Virus record (IMG/VR): IMGVR_UViG_3300030202_001345
Location: 858 to 64,857 of that record
Source of the DNA: a virus
Taxonomy: Duplodnaviria; Caudoviricetes
Direction: 5' to 3' (one strand)
DNA: 64,000 bases
This document shows positions 8,822 through 20,060 of this stretch, piece by piece. The translations under genes and the position numbers were made by a program. Position 1 is the first letter of the stretch, and every line of letters starts with the position of its first letter. The notes beneath the pieces were generated by a model, which was not told the DNA's origin, searched no databases, and saw nothing but the letters and a program-made list of their open reading frames with translations.

Positions 8822-11800
8822 TTATTCCCATTCGTCTATATTTAGAACTGATTCTTTTTTCTTTTTCTTTTTATTCCCTGTTGTATCTCTATCCATACCA
8901 AGTTCCCAGTCTTGATAACCCATAAGCATAGAGATTCTTTGCCACATTTCTACATCATCAAATAATGCTCCATCTATATTCTGAGCTTTTCTTAAGGCTC
9001 TGTCCATAGGCACGTTTGTGGTTGCAGATATTATATTTGCCAATGCCATATAAGCCTCGTTGTCTAAACTAAACTCCATGTCATTAAACGCTCCATACTC
9101 TGCGGATATAGCAGCGCTTCTTAATTTTCTTGCTTTTGAACCTATTGTAGGTGATACGTTTAACACTTCAAATATCGCCGCGTCATAAGCTTTCTTCCCG
9201 TCTTTTTCCTGTATTTGTTTTATTTTCATTAACGTGTTTTTAACCATAGATGCTGTAGCACCGTATAATCCCATACCTCTCAATAACGAGTCAGCCATAC
9301 CATTAGCAACTCTACCAGACTTAGCCATTAGCTTATCGTCTGTTTCATCATCGCCAAACGCAATACCAAACATAGCATTTTGTATAGCGTTAAACATAAG
9401 GTTTTGTATAAATCCATAGTAAACTATTTTAGAAGCGTTTGTTTTCCAATTACCTCTGCCGTTTACTAAATCTAAATAAGCTTTCTTTTGTATTCTCATG
9501 TACTGCATAGGTGTGTTAGCAAAAGCTAATATAACCCTACCTAGATCACTAGCTTGCTGTTGGCTTATTTTATCAGTTCTACTTGACTGTTGAGAGTTTT
9601 CAGCTATCTCTCTAAAATCTCTAAAAGCTCTTTCTTCTGCTACTTTTTCAGACAAACCTTTTTTCTTATAAGTGTTTAATCTGTTTCTATAAAACGTAGC
9701 ACCACCAGAAGCTATAGCAAAACTATCTGCATACCTAGTAAAAACAAAACCTTTATTTAACATATAGTTTATTAATCCTCTACCTCCACCGGACTCTGCT
9801 ATTTCTGATTCAGATATGTTTAACTTTAAACCATTACGTCTAGAGATTAAATAATCTGAGTTCATTAACTTTAAAAAGTCTTTAGAATATTGAGGCATGT
9901 TACCTAAAGCTTTACCAGCAGCCATAGGATTATTATCTGTCCAGTTAACAAAGTTAATAGATGATATTGTCTGCAACACAGCGGATCTAGTATTTAAGAA
10001 CATGATAGCACCTACTGAATTATTAATATAGTCAAGTACTTTGTTTTCTAAATTGTTTCTTGATTTTCTATTTCTACCAGTCTTCATTCTAGATATAGTA
10101 CCCTCTAAAGCATCTCTATAGCTTTTACCAAAAGCAGCTTGAAGTTTATTTAAATTAGCTTCACTAAATATTTGATTAACATTTTCTGTCCAACCATACT
10201 GCTCTAGATATTCAGATCTTTTTACATCTCTTAATAAATTTCTAGCATCTAAAGTTAAGTTACCACTAAGCCAATCAGCCTTAGGTGGAGACCAACCAGA
10301 GTTTTTAGTAGTTAATAACAATTGATCTGCAAACGCCTCGAGCTTAGGATTATCTTTAACTAATTTATTTAAGTCTCTTAAATCTGCTTTACTTAAACCA
10401 GGAACTTCTAATCCCATCTTAGTCCACATTCTAACTCTTACAGCTGTTTCGTTAGTGAAACCAGTGTCATTAGTCTTTTTAAGATTTTTAGGTACTACAC
10501 CTAAGCTTTTTTTCAAAGCTTTAATATCTTGCGCTAGCTTAACCTGATCTTTAGAAATCATTTCTTCTGCTTTAGCAAAAGGATCATTTAAATATTTCTT
10601 ATAAAACTCTTGTTGTTTTTCTCCAACCTTACCTTTACCTAATGTTTTATAAAGTAATCCCATAAAGTCTTCAGCACCAGGAGAAACTATGTAATCAAAC
10701 CTACCTTTTCCTCTGCCTACAACTTCAGCTTTTGCTCTACCAAATACTTTATCAGCACCGATGCCTGATTTATTTTGTATTATCTCGTTAAACGTTTTGT
10801 TTAGATCAACTTGTTGTAAAGCTAGTTGGACTTTGCTTTTTACGTCTATAACATCTAAAACAGATTTAACAGCTTTAACATTTTTTACAGCATCATCTAC
10901 AAAATAAAAATCATTATAACCTTTAGCAGCCTTATCTAATATCCAGTTTGACTTTGCTGTTGGGCTACCGTTTTCTAAACCAGTAATATTTTTAAGAGGT
11001 ATGTCAATACCTATTCCTTTTAAAAACTTATGAATAGCATTAGCTGACGCTTGAGGTCTTGCTGTTAACACAAACATGTTTTCATTACCAAATTTTCCTA
11101 TAGCTTTTTTAATTCTTGGAACTAGAGGACCGGGCTTCCCGTCAATTACTTTATTAAATTCAGAAAAATCGAATTTTGCTCCTTGAGCTTCTAAGGCTTC
11201 TGAACGCTTAGCAAATTCTGTAGCATTAAGTTTACCTTTCTTGCCATTAGGCAACGTGTAAAGTACGTTAGATTTAGATCTAGCTAATGTGTCATCAAAA
11301 TCGTATACACTTATACCCTTAGTTTCTTTTTTTAATCTTCTAGCTAAAGCTAAAGCCTTATCTCTATTAGACATGTTGTTTAGTAATTCAGATTTACTAA
11401 GATCAATTTGTGATAATGTGCCTGACTTTTTAGCTAAAGCTTTATCAGCTTCATATGACTGTTTAGTTTGTTTAGGATTTGCTAATTCATATTTAGCTAT
11501 TTCTACATTAGGCTTACTAGGTTCTAATGACAACCTACCCATAGCATCTTGCAGCTGTGGTACTTCTAATTTTCTAACTGATTGACCTAGCTTTTGTGCA
11601 TTTTGTTGCATTAGCTTGTCATAAAGAGTTTCTTTAAAACCACTTTCAACTGTTACGTAATCTTTTAATTGTTTTAAATCTAAAATCATACGAGATAAAC
11701 CAGCGGTATTAGTTGTGCCACCAAGCTTATCTATAACATCTAAATATTTTTTAAACGATATAACACCTTGATAATCGTTCATTATTTTTCTACCGTCTTT

Positions 11801-14800
11801 AGCCCACTTACCCTCTACAATAGCCTTAGCTTCTTGCATTGATTGTTCTAAAGAAGATTTTAAATGTTCAAGTTTCATTGTGCCTACACTACCTGTTTTT
11901 TTAACAGCCATAATAGGAACTAATTGTCTACCATAACCTTGTATAGTGCTGGAATTAGCCGCTGCTAAATCATATATAGTTCTTGCCCTTGCTTCAAACT
12001 CTGCTGGTGTTTTTGCATCATATAGATACTTTTGTTTAATGACGCCCATAGCATAATACACATCTGCCTTGTAAGCATTATCGCTTGCATTTATATATTT
12101 TTTAAGTGCGCTTAAGTCATTAGTATCAAAATACTTTTTTAAAGCATTTTTTTGTTGAGACTCAGTCATGAAATCTCCTGGTTTTATATTATCAAATACT
12201 TCACCTAAATATTTTTCACCAAGATTATCAATTATTCTTTTGTATTGGTTTTTACTAACAGGGCTTTCTGACATTAAATTACCATCTGTAGTTATTTTAG
12301 CACCATCAGGACCAACATTTCTACCAGTGCCTCTACTGCTACTACCAAACGATTGCAATAAAGTTTCTTTAGTTTTCAAAAAGTCTGGTAAATTTTTAGG
12401 ATAATATTTTGCTAAGTCTTCTATGTTTTTAAAGAAACCTTCTATTCTAGCTGTGTCAAATAAAGAAATATCACCTTGAGTGCTACGCATTGATTTGCCA
12501 GTTACTCCGTCTATAATGTTTTCTATCTTAACACCCTTTGGCGCACCACTAGCTTCAGCTATTTTCATATCAGCTTTAGGAGCTTTTTTAAATGTAGGTG
12601 CTTCTGTTTTACCACGAGCAGCCTCTGACTCAGACATTTTAATAGACTCAGTCTCTATGAACTTAGCAACATCTGGATATAATTTTCTAAATCCTTCTGG
12701 ATCTCTTGAGTAATTAGCAAAGGCTGTAAATACTTTTTCTATACTACTTAAAGTTTTTGGCTTGTTAGGCGCGTTTAAAATAACTTGAGCCATGCGTGGA
12801 TTTTTACCATCAGCCAAGTCTCTAATAACAGAATTAGATTCAGGTCCTGTACCTTGAGCTTCTCTAGCTACTTTGTTTTTTAATCCTCTAAAAACTAATT
12901 CAGTTAAACCTTTTATAGTTTGTACTTGTGCATCTCTATATAAAGCACCAGCTGGTTCTTTTAATATATCTTGTATATCTTTTATACTAAGATCTTTTCT
13001 TAATTCCCAGTTGCCACTATTGTTTTTTCTATATAATAATTTTTTAAGATTGTTTGGTACACCTGTTGCCTTGCCACCAGCTGTAAATCCTTCTGGTATT
13101 ATATTTAAAACAGCTTGCGCGTTTTTATTTAGATCCGATCTTAATTGTCTAAAACCTTCTATTGCAACTTTAGGTAAATTACGTTTTGGACTTGTAAACC
13201 ACTCAGCTAGTGGATTACCTTTTGAATCTACAATACCATATGTTTCAGCAAGTAACTTAGCTTCAGCTTCAGTTAAACGCAAAGACTTATAGGTTTCCTT
13301 AGACATGTCTCTATTACTTATATCCTTTTGCATTTCAGGTATAAGATCTTTTTGAACATCTATAGTTAAATCTAATTCTCTAGGATCTGTTTTCTTAACT
13401 CTAGGTTTTGGTTTAGGCGCGTCTAAGTTTTCAGCTTTAAAACCTCCAGTATCTGCAATACCCCTAATATTACTAATGTCTTCGTTAATACGCTTAGTCA
13501 TGTCTAACCCAGCTTCCTCGTATATTTCTTTTCTACGAGATTTAATTGTATTACCAAGGTATGTCATTACCTCTGTGCTACCGTCGTAGTTATCCAGCAT
13601 ACCAGTCTTTCTACCTTTTGCTACTCCTAAAAGTTGATATACTAAAACATCTGTTATAGCGCTTTGTTGTACGTCACCTAGCTTAGTACTAAAACCTAAA
13701 GCTTGATTTATTAAAGCTTGATTATCTTTAATTAAATCATAAATATCTTTACCGTAATCACCAGATTTGTTTTTAATATTTTCTGCTAATTCTCTATTAC
13801 GTTGTTGTTGAGTTTTTAAAAGCTCTTGACCAGCTTTATCTAAGTTTAATTTTTGTCCGGTTTGAGTGTTAATAAGATCGTATACTTTACCGCCTTTTTG
13901 TTTTTGTATTTTAATATCTTTAAAACGCTGTATCATACCAGGACTGTATTCACCAGATCCTACGCTTTGTCCATATCTACTTAAAAAATTTATTACTTTT
14001 TGTGGTGTGTTTAGATCTGGCAATAAGCCTTTCATTGGTGTGTCTCCAAGTGTTTTTTCTAAAGAACCATAAATATCTTGTACTATTTTTCCAAATACAT
14101 TATTAGTAACAATGCTTTCGTAGTTTTTAGGATCTCTTAATAAATCTACAACAGCAGCCGTATACTCTTCATTAAAACTATTTTTATCCTGTATTTTTTC
14201 GTATGCTTTTTCAACAGCACTTTTTAAACCTCCTTTTATATTTTTAATACCAAATTGCCAGTCTACACCGTTAAGTGTTTTAGATATGTTTCTTGCTAAA
14301 CTACCAGACAAGCCAACATCGTTTTTAAATTGTTGTCTCATCATTGTGTGAAATATCTCATGAGGCACTGTACCTGGAGTCATCTTGTTTACATTAACTC
14401 TAACCAAAGGTGGTTTGCTTCCTCTAAAAACAACTTCTGTTTTACCAGATTTATTTAATTTAAAATCAAAAGCAGGTTGATCTGACTTTGTAGCTTTTTT
14501 ATATTGTCTATTATACTTTTCAAACAAAGACTGAGTATCTGCCATTAAAATATCTTTGTTTAAATATCTCTCTCTGTTTTCTGATACCTTTATTTGTTTA
14601 CTTACTTCTTGATATAACTGTACCTTGTTTATGTATTGGCTATCATTTTTTTCAAGGTCACTTCTTTTGCCTTTACTTTCCATCTTCATAATGTCAATAA
14701 GTAATTCCATTTGAAGATTCTTTTTACCCTGCATTGTTAAAGCAAAATCTGCCTTACGAGACTTACCAGTTGCCATGTGGCTGAAACCAATTAAACTAAA

Positions 14801-17431
14801 TTGTATTGTTTCCATTAAAGCATGCTTAGCCCAGTCAGACATGTTACCATATTTTTCTTCGACAAATGTTTGCATGTCAGTTTGGCCTAACATAGATTGA
14901 ACCATTGCTTCTAAAGGCGCAGCAGTTTGAGCACCGGCAGCACCACCAAGTCCAGAGTAAAAACCTTTTTCTATAAAAGGATTAAAAACAGCGTACTCTC
15001 CTTTAAATATATTTGTTGGCAATACTTTTCTCATAGCAGCACCACCCAATACAAATCCAAAACCAGCACCAACCGGCATGTCAACACCAAACAAAGGATC
15101 CAACGCTGCCATTTTAGCTTCTTCTTGTAAACCTAATATACCTAAAGCTTGCAGCTTTTGAAAAGCACTACCACTTACCTGTGTTAAACCTTTTGATTTA
15201 GAATAAGCATCAACAGTCATTTTAGCTCTTCTCGCCCTAGCCGCAACAACTGCTTGTGATAAAGGTGTTACGCTATTTTTACCTGTTTTAGCTAAATACG
15301 TAACGTTTTTTAATTTACTTAAATATCTTCCTGTTCCTAAAAAATTTCCAGTACCACCTGTTAAATAAGTAACAGCAGCAAGTTCAGCAATCATAGGGAC
15401 AAAACCTCCCATACCGCGTACTAGTTCTTCTCCAAAACCTACTTCAAAAGCTTCTTCTTGTTCTGTGGTAAGCTCTATTGGTTTTTCACCTTCTTCTAAC
15501 GTAGAATTAATATTACTAATTAAGTCTTGAGTTCGGTTTAATACGTCTCTGGTAGTTTCTATTTCAATAGCCTCACCTCCGAAAGTAGGTAAAGCCTCAC
15601 CAAGACCTTCTACAAAATTCATTATCATGTTTCCGTTTAGCGCTAAATCATTTGCGCTTAGAGAACCTGGATCTACATTTAATAAATATAATTCTTTCCA
15701 GGCTTCACGTTGTACTTCTAATCTTTTTTGTGTTTCTTTAAAGTTAGCAACAGTTGCGTTTAAACCTCTAGCGTCTGGAGCACCTTCAATTCCTGATATT
15801 TCTTTTAAATCTTTTATTTCTTTATCAGCGCTATAGCCACCATAAAATTGATTGTAACCTTTTAATGAACCTAACCAGGGGTCAATACCTCTTGACAGCT
15901 TCATCATGTCTTTCATCTTAACACCTCTAACAACATAAAAATCTCCTCCAGTACCACTAGCTTCTAGGTTTGGTTTATAACCATACTGTTTTAATTTTTC
16001 TAATTGCTTTGAGAAACTTACTCTTATATCAAATTTAATATCGTTTATATCTTTTTTAAACTCTCCGTACTCCATGTTAAACACATTGTACTTGGATTTA
16101 ACAGTAGCAAAATCATTGTTCTTCATTATTTCTTGAAGATTTACTTTTGCTATATTATACTTATCGGTTAAGTCTTCTTCATCTCTTACTATTATACCAC
16201 CCTCTTCACCAACCGGTACTATTCTTCTTCTACCTGTTTCTAGATCAAATAAAAATTTAGTATTTTTACCAAATATTTCTTTCATCAATAGATCTCTTCT
16301 TGCTTCTAGTTTTTTGATTTCATTAACAGTGCCTCCATACTCTCCGTAACCTAAGTTTTGAAAGTTTTCATTAAGAGTTATTTCCTTGTTTATAAGTGAG
16401 GCATTTATACTTGCTAGTTCTTTTTCTTTAGGATTTACAATTTCTTGTATTTGTTGAATTTTTAAATTTTGTAAAGCTAGTGAGCTGTTTTCGTTCTCTA
16501 GTAATGGTAAGTATTGTTGCTCATAAACTCTATCAAAATTATCTTTTACTTCGTTTAATTGAATATCTTCTATTATGCTATTTACTTTTTTAGTTATTTG
16601 ATATTCAGGTAAATAACCACCATTATCTTTATATAATTGTGAAACGTTTTTTCTAACATATTTTTGAAAGTCAGCAGATTTAGATCCTTTCATTATACTA
16701 TTTATAGGCATATAAGAATCAACACTAAGATCTTCTTCATCTAAAAAATCTATTTTCAATTGAGGTATGTTAGTTAAAACTTCTTCTTCAAAAACTTCCA
16801 CGTTTTGATTAAATTGTTTTTGAGCCTCTGAATCAAAATTTAATTTTAAAAATTCGTTTATTTGCCCTTCACCAGTGTGAGTAGGTTTGTCTATTAAACC
16901 TACCGCTTGACCTAACCTTAATGCTAAACCGGTAGCATTAATACCACCACCTGGGGGTGATGGCCCTTCATAATACTCTGGGTTTAAAGCTACTTCTATT
17001 TTGTTTCCATTTAAAGCTTCTATACCAATTCTACTAGAACCTCTTTTTGTAAAGCTAAATCCTCCATTTTCTCCACCATACAATGTATTATACGCATTGA
17101 CTAAGTCCTGCGTATCTTGTGATTTAAAATCTGGAATTTCAATTATATCAGTATATTTTCTATCTTCAGGTATAACAACCTCTGTTTTACTAGGTGTTAC
17201 AACTTCCCACTCATCAATATTTAATTCCGATGAAGAGTTTTCCGAATCTGATTCCATATTCTCGGATGCTACCGGGGTTATTGGTGTTACAGTCGCATCC
17301 TCTGCCACAACACCTTCTGCTTTTTTTGAGTAACCTAGGTTAGCTGCTTCAGTTTCCCAATCGTCACCAAACATATCTTTTAAAGATTGTACAGTTACCT
17401 CGTTACCATCTCCATCTATGTATATTTCCAT
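8822..17431 (-). CDS. Giant multidomain virion/ejection (polyvalent) protein, 2869 aa
   Basis: Last in the ejection-protein block; zincin HEIFH..EE (~14350); sigma-region-2-like segment (~13500-13760); HAD phosphatase motifs DFDDT/LTAR/K/FVDD (~10830-11320); hydrophobic helical C-terminus. Confidence 0.75.
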   Translation of the reverse strand: MEIYIDGDGNEVTVQSLKDMFGDDWETEAANLGYSKKAEGVVAEDATVTPITPVASENMESDSENSSSELNIDEWEVVTPSKTEVVIPEDRKYTDIIEIPDFKSQDTQDLVNAYNTLYGGENGGFSFTKRGSSRIGIEALNGNKIEVALNPEYYEGPSPPGGGINATGLALRLGQAVGLIDKPTHTGEGQINEFLKLNFDSEAQKQFNQNVEVFEEEVLTNIPQLKIDFLDEEDLSVDSYMPINSIMKGSKSADFQKYVRKNVSQLYKDNGGYLPEYQITKKVNSIIEDIQLNEVKDNFDRVYEQQYLPLLENENSSLALQNLKIQQIQEIVNPKEKELASINASLINKEITLNENFQNLGYGEYGGTVNEIKKLEARRDLLMKEIFGKNTKFLFDLETGRRRIVPVGEEGGIIVRDEEDLTDKYNIAKVNLQEIMKNNDFATVKSKYNVFNMEYGEFKKDINDIKFDIRVSFSKQLEKLKQYGYKPNLEASGTGGDFYVVRGVKMKDMMKLSRGIDPWLGSLKGYNQFYGGYSADKEIKDLKEISGIEGAPDARGLNATVANFKETQKRLEVQREAWKELYLLNVDPGSLSANDLALNGNMIMNFVEGLGEALPTFGGEAIEIETTRDVLNRTQDLISNINSTLEEGEKPIELTTEQEEAFEVGFGEELVRGMGGFVPMIAELAAVTYLTGGTGNFLGTGRYLSKLKNVTYLAKTGKNSVTPLSQAVVAARARRAKMTVDAYSKSKGLTQVSGSAFQKLQALGILGLQEEAKMAALDPLFGVDMPVGAGFGFVLGGAAMRKVLPTNIFKGEYAVFNPFIEKGFYSGLGGAAGAQTAAPLEAMVQSMLGQTDMQTFVEEKYGNMSDWAKHALMETIQFSLIGFSHMATGKSRKADFALTMQGKKNLQMELLIDIMKMESKGKRSDLEKNDSQYINKVQLYQEVSKQIKVSENRERYLNKDILMADTQSLFEKYNRQYKKATKSDQPAFDFKLNKSGKTEVVFRGSKPPLVRVNVNKMTPGTVPHEIFHTMMRQQFKNDVGLSGSLARNISKTLNGVDWQFGIKNIKGGLKSAVEKAYEKIQDKNSFNEEYTAAVVDLLRDPKNYESIVTNNVFGKIVQDIYGSLEKTLGDTPMKGLLPDLNTPQKVINFLSRYGQSVGSGEYSPGMIQRFKDIKIQKQKGGKVYDLINTQTGQKLNLDKAGQELLKTQQQRNRELAENIKNKSGDYGKDIYDLIKDNQALINQALGFSTKLGDVQQSAITDVLVYQLLGVAKGRKTGMLDNYDGSTEVMTYLGNTIKSRRKEIYEEAGLDMTKRINEDISNIRGIADTGGFKAENLDAPKPKPRVKKTDPRELDLTIDVQKDLIPEMQKDISNRDMSKETYKSLRLTEAEAKLLAETYGIVDSKGNPLAEWFTSPKRNLPKVAIEGFRQLRSDLNKNAQAVLNIIPEGFTAGGKATGVPNNLKKLLYRKNNSGNWELRKDLSIKDIQDILKEPAGALYRDAQVQTIKGLTELVFRGLKNKVAREAQGTGPESNSVIRDLADGKNPRMAQVILNAPNKPKTLSSIEKVFTAFANYSRDPEGFRKLYPDVAKFIETESIKMSESEAARGKTEAPTFKKAPKADMKIAEASGAPKGVKIENIIDGVTGKSMRSTQGDISLFDTARIEGFFKNIEDLAKYYPKNLPDFLKTKETLLQSFGSSSRGTGRNVGPDGAKITTDGNLMSESPVSKNQYKRIIDNLGEKYLGEVFDNIKPGDFMTESQQKNALKKYFDTNDLSALKKYINASDNAYKADVYYAMGVIKQKYLYDAKTPAEFEARARTIYDLAAANSSTIQGYGRQLVPIMAVKKTGSVGTMKLEHLKSSLEQSMQEAKAIVEGKWAKDGRKIMNDYQGVISFKKYLDVIDKLGGTTNTAGLSRMILDLKQLKDYVTVESGFKETLYDKLMQQNAQKLGQSVRKLEVPQLQDAMGRLSLEPSKPNVEIAKYELANPKQTKQSYEADKALAKKSGTLSQIDLSKSELLNNMSNRDKALALARRLKKETKGISVYDFDDTLARSKSNVLYTLPNGKKGKLNATEFAKRSEALEAQGAKFDFSEFNKVIDGKPGPLVPRIKKAIGKFGNENMFVLTARPQASANAIHKFLKGIGIDIPLKNITGLENGSPTAKSNWILDKAAKGYNDFYFVDDAVKNVKAVKSVLDVIDVKSKVQLALQQVDLNKTFNEIIQNKSGIGADKVFGRAKAEVVGRGKGRFDYIVSPGAEDFMGLLYKTLGKGKVGEKQQEFYKKYLNDPFAKAEEMISKDQVKLAQDIKALKKSLGVVPKNLKKTNDTGFTNETAVRVRMWTKMGLEVPGLSKADLRDLNKLVKDNPKLEAFADQLLLTTKNSGWSPPKADWLSGNLTLDARNLLRDVKRSEYLEQYGWTENVNQIFSEANLNKLQAAFGKSYRDALEGTISRMKTGRNRKSRNNLENKVLDYINNSVGAIMFLNTRSAVLQTISSINFVNWTDNNPMAAGKALGNMPQYSKDFLKLMNSDYLISRRNGLKLNISESEIAESGGGRGLINYMLNKGFVFTRYADSFAIASGGATFYRNRLNTYKKKGLSEKVAEERAFRDFREIAENSQQSSRTDKISQQQASDLGRVILAFANTPMQYMRIQKKAYLDLVNGRGNWKTNASKIVYYGFIQNLMFNAIQNAMFGIAFGDDETDDKLMAKSGRVANGMADSLLRGMGLYGATASMVKNTLMKIKQIQEKDGKKAYDAAIFEVLNVSPTIGSKARKLRSAAISAEYGAFNDMEFSLDNEAYMALANIISATTNVPMDRALRKAQNIDGALFDDVEMWQRISMLMGYQDWELGMDRDTTGNKKKKKKESVLNIDEWE

Positions 17432-17437
17432 ATTATA

Positions 17438-19354
17438 TTATTTAAGTAATGTTTTTTGTATAAACTTTGAAATTATTTTTTTATCTCCTTTACTTAATGG
17501 TATATTAAATTGCTCTGAAAAATACTCACCATTTTTCATAACAGGTAGTTTAACTGTTATTTTGTTTCCAAAAAAAGGATCATCATTTATAATATCTACT
17601 CCAGGTACTTTTTCTTTTAACTCTGCAAATGTTATCTGTTCACCTTTATATCTAAGAGGAAGATCATCTATATTATCAACTGCATCGTCTGTTTGAGCCA
17701 TTGTTATATAATTAACTATATCATTAGCTGCTGTAGAGTTTGTTGATGCGGCTGGCACATACTCACCTGGTTTTAAATTATATTGTTCGGGTAGTTTTAA
17801 CAATCTACGTAATTTACTAGCACCCTCACTATATAAATCACCAGCTGGAATTGTAAACACACCGTACTCAGCTGCTTTTCCTGATGATGTTTGACCGCCA
17901 CCAATTGTATACTTATCCGAAGATCCAGCAAGTCTTTCTATTGTTATACCGTTAATTAAATCTAAAGTATCTAAGTTACCATCTACAATGGCCCTGTTAA
18001 ATTGAATAGATAAAGCTTCTTGTGCTTTAGACGCGTCGCTTCCTTTATTACCAGAACCTTTAGACATAGCTGCTACGTTTATTTTAGATGTATAATATCT
18101 ATTGTTACCATCTTCATCTTTGTCTATTTTAAGCCCAGTTGTTTCGATGGTTTGATCTACTAACACTCTACTTAAAATTTCTTCTTGTGCGTTAACAAAA
18201 GTTATTGGAACACCTTTTGAATCTACCCTACCTTTCATACCAAATGGATTATAGTTAGGGCTTTTTTCATCGTTGTTATAAACACCCTCTACCATAGTCA
18301 CAAAGTCTTTGTATTCGTTAGGAAAAATATTACCTTTAATATTGTTGTTCATTTTTAAATTTACTTCGTAGAAGTTTTTAATTGCATTGTATCCCATACC
18401 CGCAACACCACTAATTTCCCCCACAGCAGCTGCATTCATTTGAGATAGCGGAACTTCTAGATCGTAATATGTTCTTATGTCTTGCTTGGTACCTGTTTTT
18501 GTTTTACCGTCGGCGGAGTATACACTACCTATATCAATACTTATATCGTCTCCATCAACATATTTAGGATCTAATATACCTTTAGCTGTTAATAGATTAA
18601 AACCATCAGGACCAGGCCCTAACTTTTTAGAAAACTCTTGAAATACTTGAGGCACTTCTTGTATAAAATCATTGTCTTCGCTGTCGTCTAATTCCATCCA
18701 CTTCTTTGCAGATATAGTACGCGCAGGCATAACATCTCCATTTCCGTTTTTACCACTTACTACAAGTTTTAAATCATTATCTGTTTCATCATATTTTAAA
18801 CTTATATTAGATCCTGGAATTTTACCAGCCATTACATTTATAAGCCATTGATTTTGCTCCTGTGAATAATTATCAGTTCCAAATACAGCAATTTGAGATC
18901 CTAAAGTATCTTTTTTTTCGTTCCAATAAGCAGTTATATCAGACCAACTAGAAGCAAAACCTTGTGTTAGGTTTAGTAGGTTTTGATAATCAGCTATAAC
19001 TTTTTTTGCTTCACCTCTTTTTTTATTATCACTAAAATCTGTCATAAGATACAACTGAGCTTGAGAAGCTACATCTATTCTATCTCTTAATATACCTGTT
19101 ACTTCGTTATCTAATGTAGGGTTTTCAGTTATTTTACCCAACTCATCAGCCCTTTTCAAAGAAAGCATGTCAACTTTATACTGCATTTCCTGCATTCTAT
19201 TTATGTTGGCTTGTCTTTCTTTTTCTTTTTGTCGCTTAAGAATATCTTGCCTTTGTCTTTCCTTTTGATACAAAGCTTCAGTTCTGCTTTGCGCTTCAAA
19301 GTATTTATTTATTGGGCTTCCACCCTGTGGTCCTGCTGGATTTTCGTAACTCAT
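17438..19354 (-). CDS. Putative internal virion/ejection protein
   Basis: 638 aa; charged coiled N-terminus; position in the podovirus core-protein block. Confidence 0.55.
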   Translation of the reverse strand: MSYENPAGPQGGSPINKYFEAQSRTEALYQKERQRQDILKRQKEKERQANINRMQEMQYKVDMLSLKRADELGKITENPTLDNEVTGILRDRIDVASQAQLYLMTDFSDNKKRGEAKKVIADYQNLLNLTQGFASSWSDITAYWNEKKDTLGSQIAVFGTDNYSQEQNQWLINVMAGKIPGSNISLKYDETDNDLKLVVSGKNGNGDVMPARTISAKKWMELDDSEDNDFIQEVPQVFQEFSKKLGPGPDGFNLLTAKGILDPKYVDGDDISIDIGSVYSADGKTKTGTKQDIRTYYDLEVPLSQMNAAAVGEISGVAGMGYNAIKNFYEVNLKMNNNIKGNIFPNEYKDFVTMVEGVYNNDEKSPNYNPFGMKGRVDSKGVPITFVNAQEEILSRVLVDQTIETTGLKIDKDEDGNNRYYTSKINVAAMSKGSGNKGSDASKAQEALSIQFNRAIVDGNLDTLDLINGITIERLAGSSDKYTIGGGQTSSGKAAEYGVFTIPAGDLYSEGASKLRRLLKLPEQYNLKPGEYVPAASTNSTAANDIVNYITMAQTDDAVDNIDDLPLRYKGEQITFAELKEKVPGVDIINDDPFFGNKITVKLPVMKNGEYFSEQFNIPLSKGDKKIISKFIQKTLLK

Positions 19355-19364
19355 ATTTTTATTT

Positions 19365-20057
19365 TTATACTATACCTGCTACCGCTCCAAATAGATTACC
19401 TGTTGCGGATTCTCTAGCAGCTCTAGCGTCTCTACCTTCTTGATAAGCTCTATCAGATAAACCTGCAACCCTATTCATCTTGGCAACTTCACGTTGTTCT
19501 GTGGCATTAAACATAAATGCTTTACCTTGAGCATCTGCGGCTTGAACTCTTTGGCCTTCAGATATTTGTATACCTTGTAGTCTTTGTTGTTCAGACATTT
19601 TCATTTGTTGCATTTGTGATTCACCTTGTGCTCTAAGTTTTTCATTAGCAGCTTCTTGTGACTCAATACTAGCTGATACACCTTTTTTAGCTTTTAGTGC
19701 TGCTTGAGCTAAAGCTGTTGCTCCACCGGCACTAGCACCTGTAGATCTTATAGTGTCTAATGTGTTAGCTAAAGAAATATCTGCCTCTTCAGCTTGCATT
19801 TCTGCTGCTTGTGTTGCAACACCTAAGCTTGCGTATGGATTAGAAATCATACCGCTTAAATCTGTTGCTAAACCAGACAGGTCAGTAGTGCTAGCATATG
19901 GGTTTACCACAGGTTGCCTACTGTTCTCCAGTCTTTGTAACTGGGCTTCTCTACGTCTTTGCTCACGTGCGGCACGTCTTTGAGCTCTTCTAGCTCTTCT
20001 ACCAGCGCCTATTGCACCAATGCCTTTTACGATTCCTGAGGCTACACTGCTTCCCAT
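19365..20057 (-). CDS. Putative ejection (pilot/cargo) protein
   Basis: Gly/Ala-rich termini and Ala/Gln-rich helical core typical of T7 gp14/P22 gp7-like proteins. Confidence 0.6.
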   Translation of the reverse strand: MGSSVASGIVKGIGAIGAGRRARRAQRRAAREQRRREAQLQRLENSRQPVVNPYASTTDLSGLATDLSGMISNPYASLGVATQAAEMQAEEADISLANTLDTIRSTGASAGGATALAQAALKAKKGVSASIESQEAANEKLRAQGESQMQQMKMSEQQRLQGIQISEGQRVQAADAQGKAFMFNATEQREVAKMNRVAGLSDRAYQEGRDARAARESATGNLFGAVAGIV

Positions 20058-20060
20058 ATT

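Noticed and set aside
11285-11305. DFDD as the catalytic DxDxD motif of a crAss-type virion RNA polymerase
   Set aside because: Context is hhhDFDDTL with downstream TAR and DD motifs, which is a HAD phosphatase, not DFDxD
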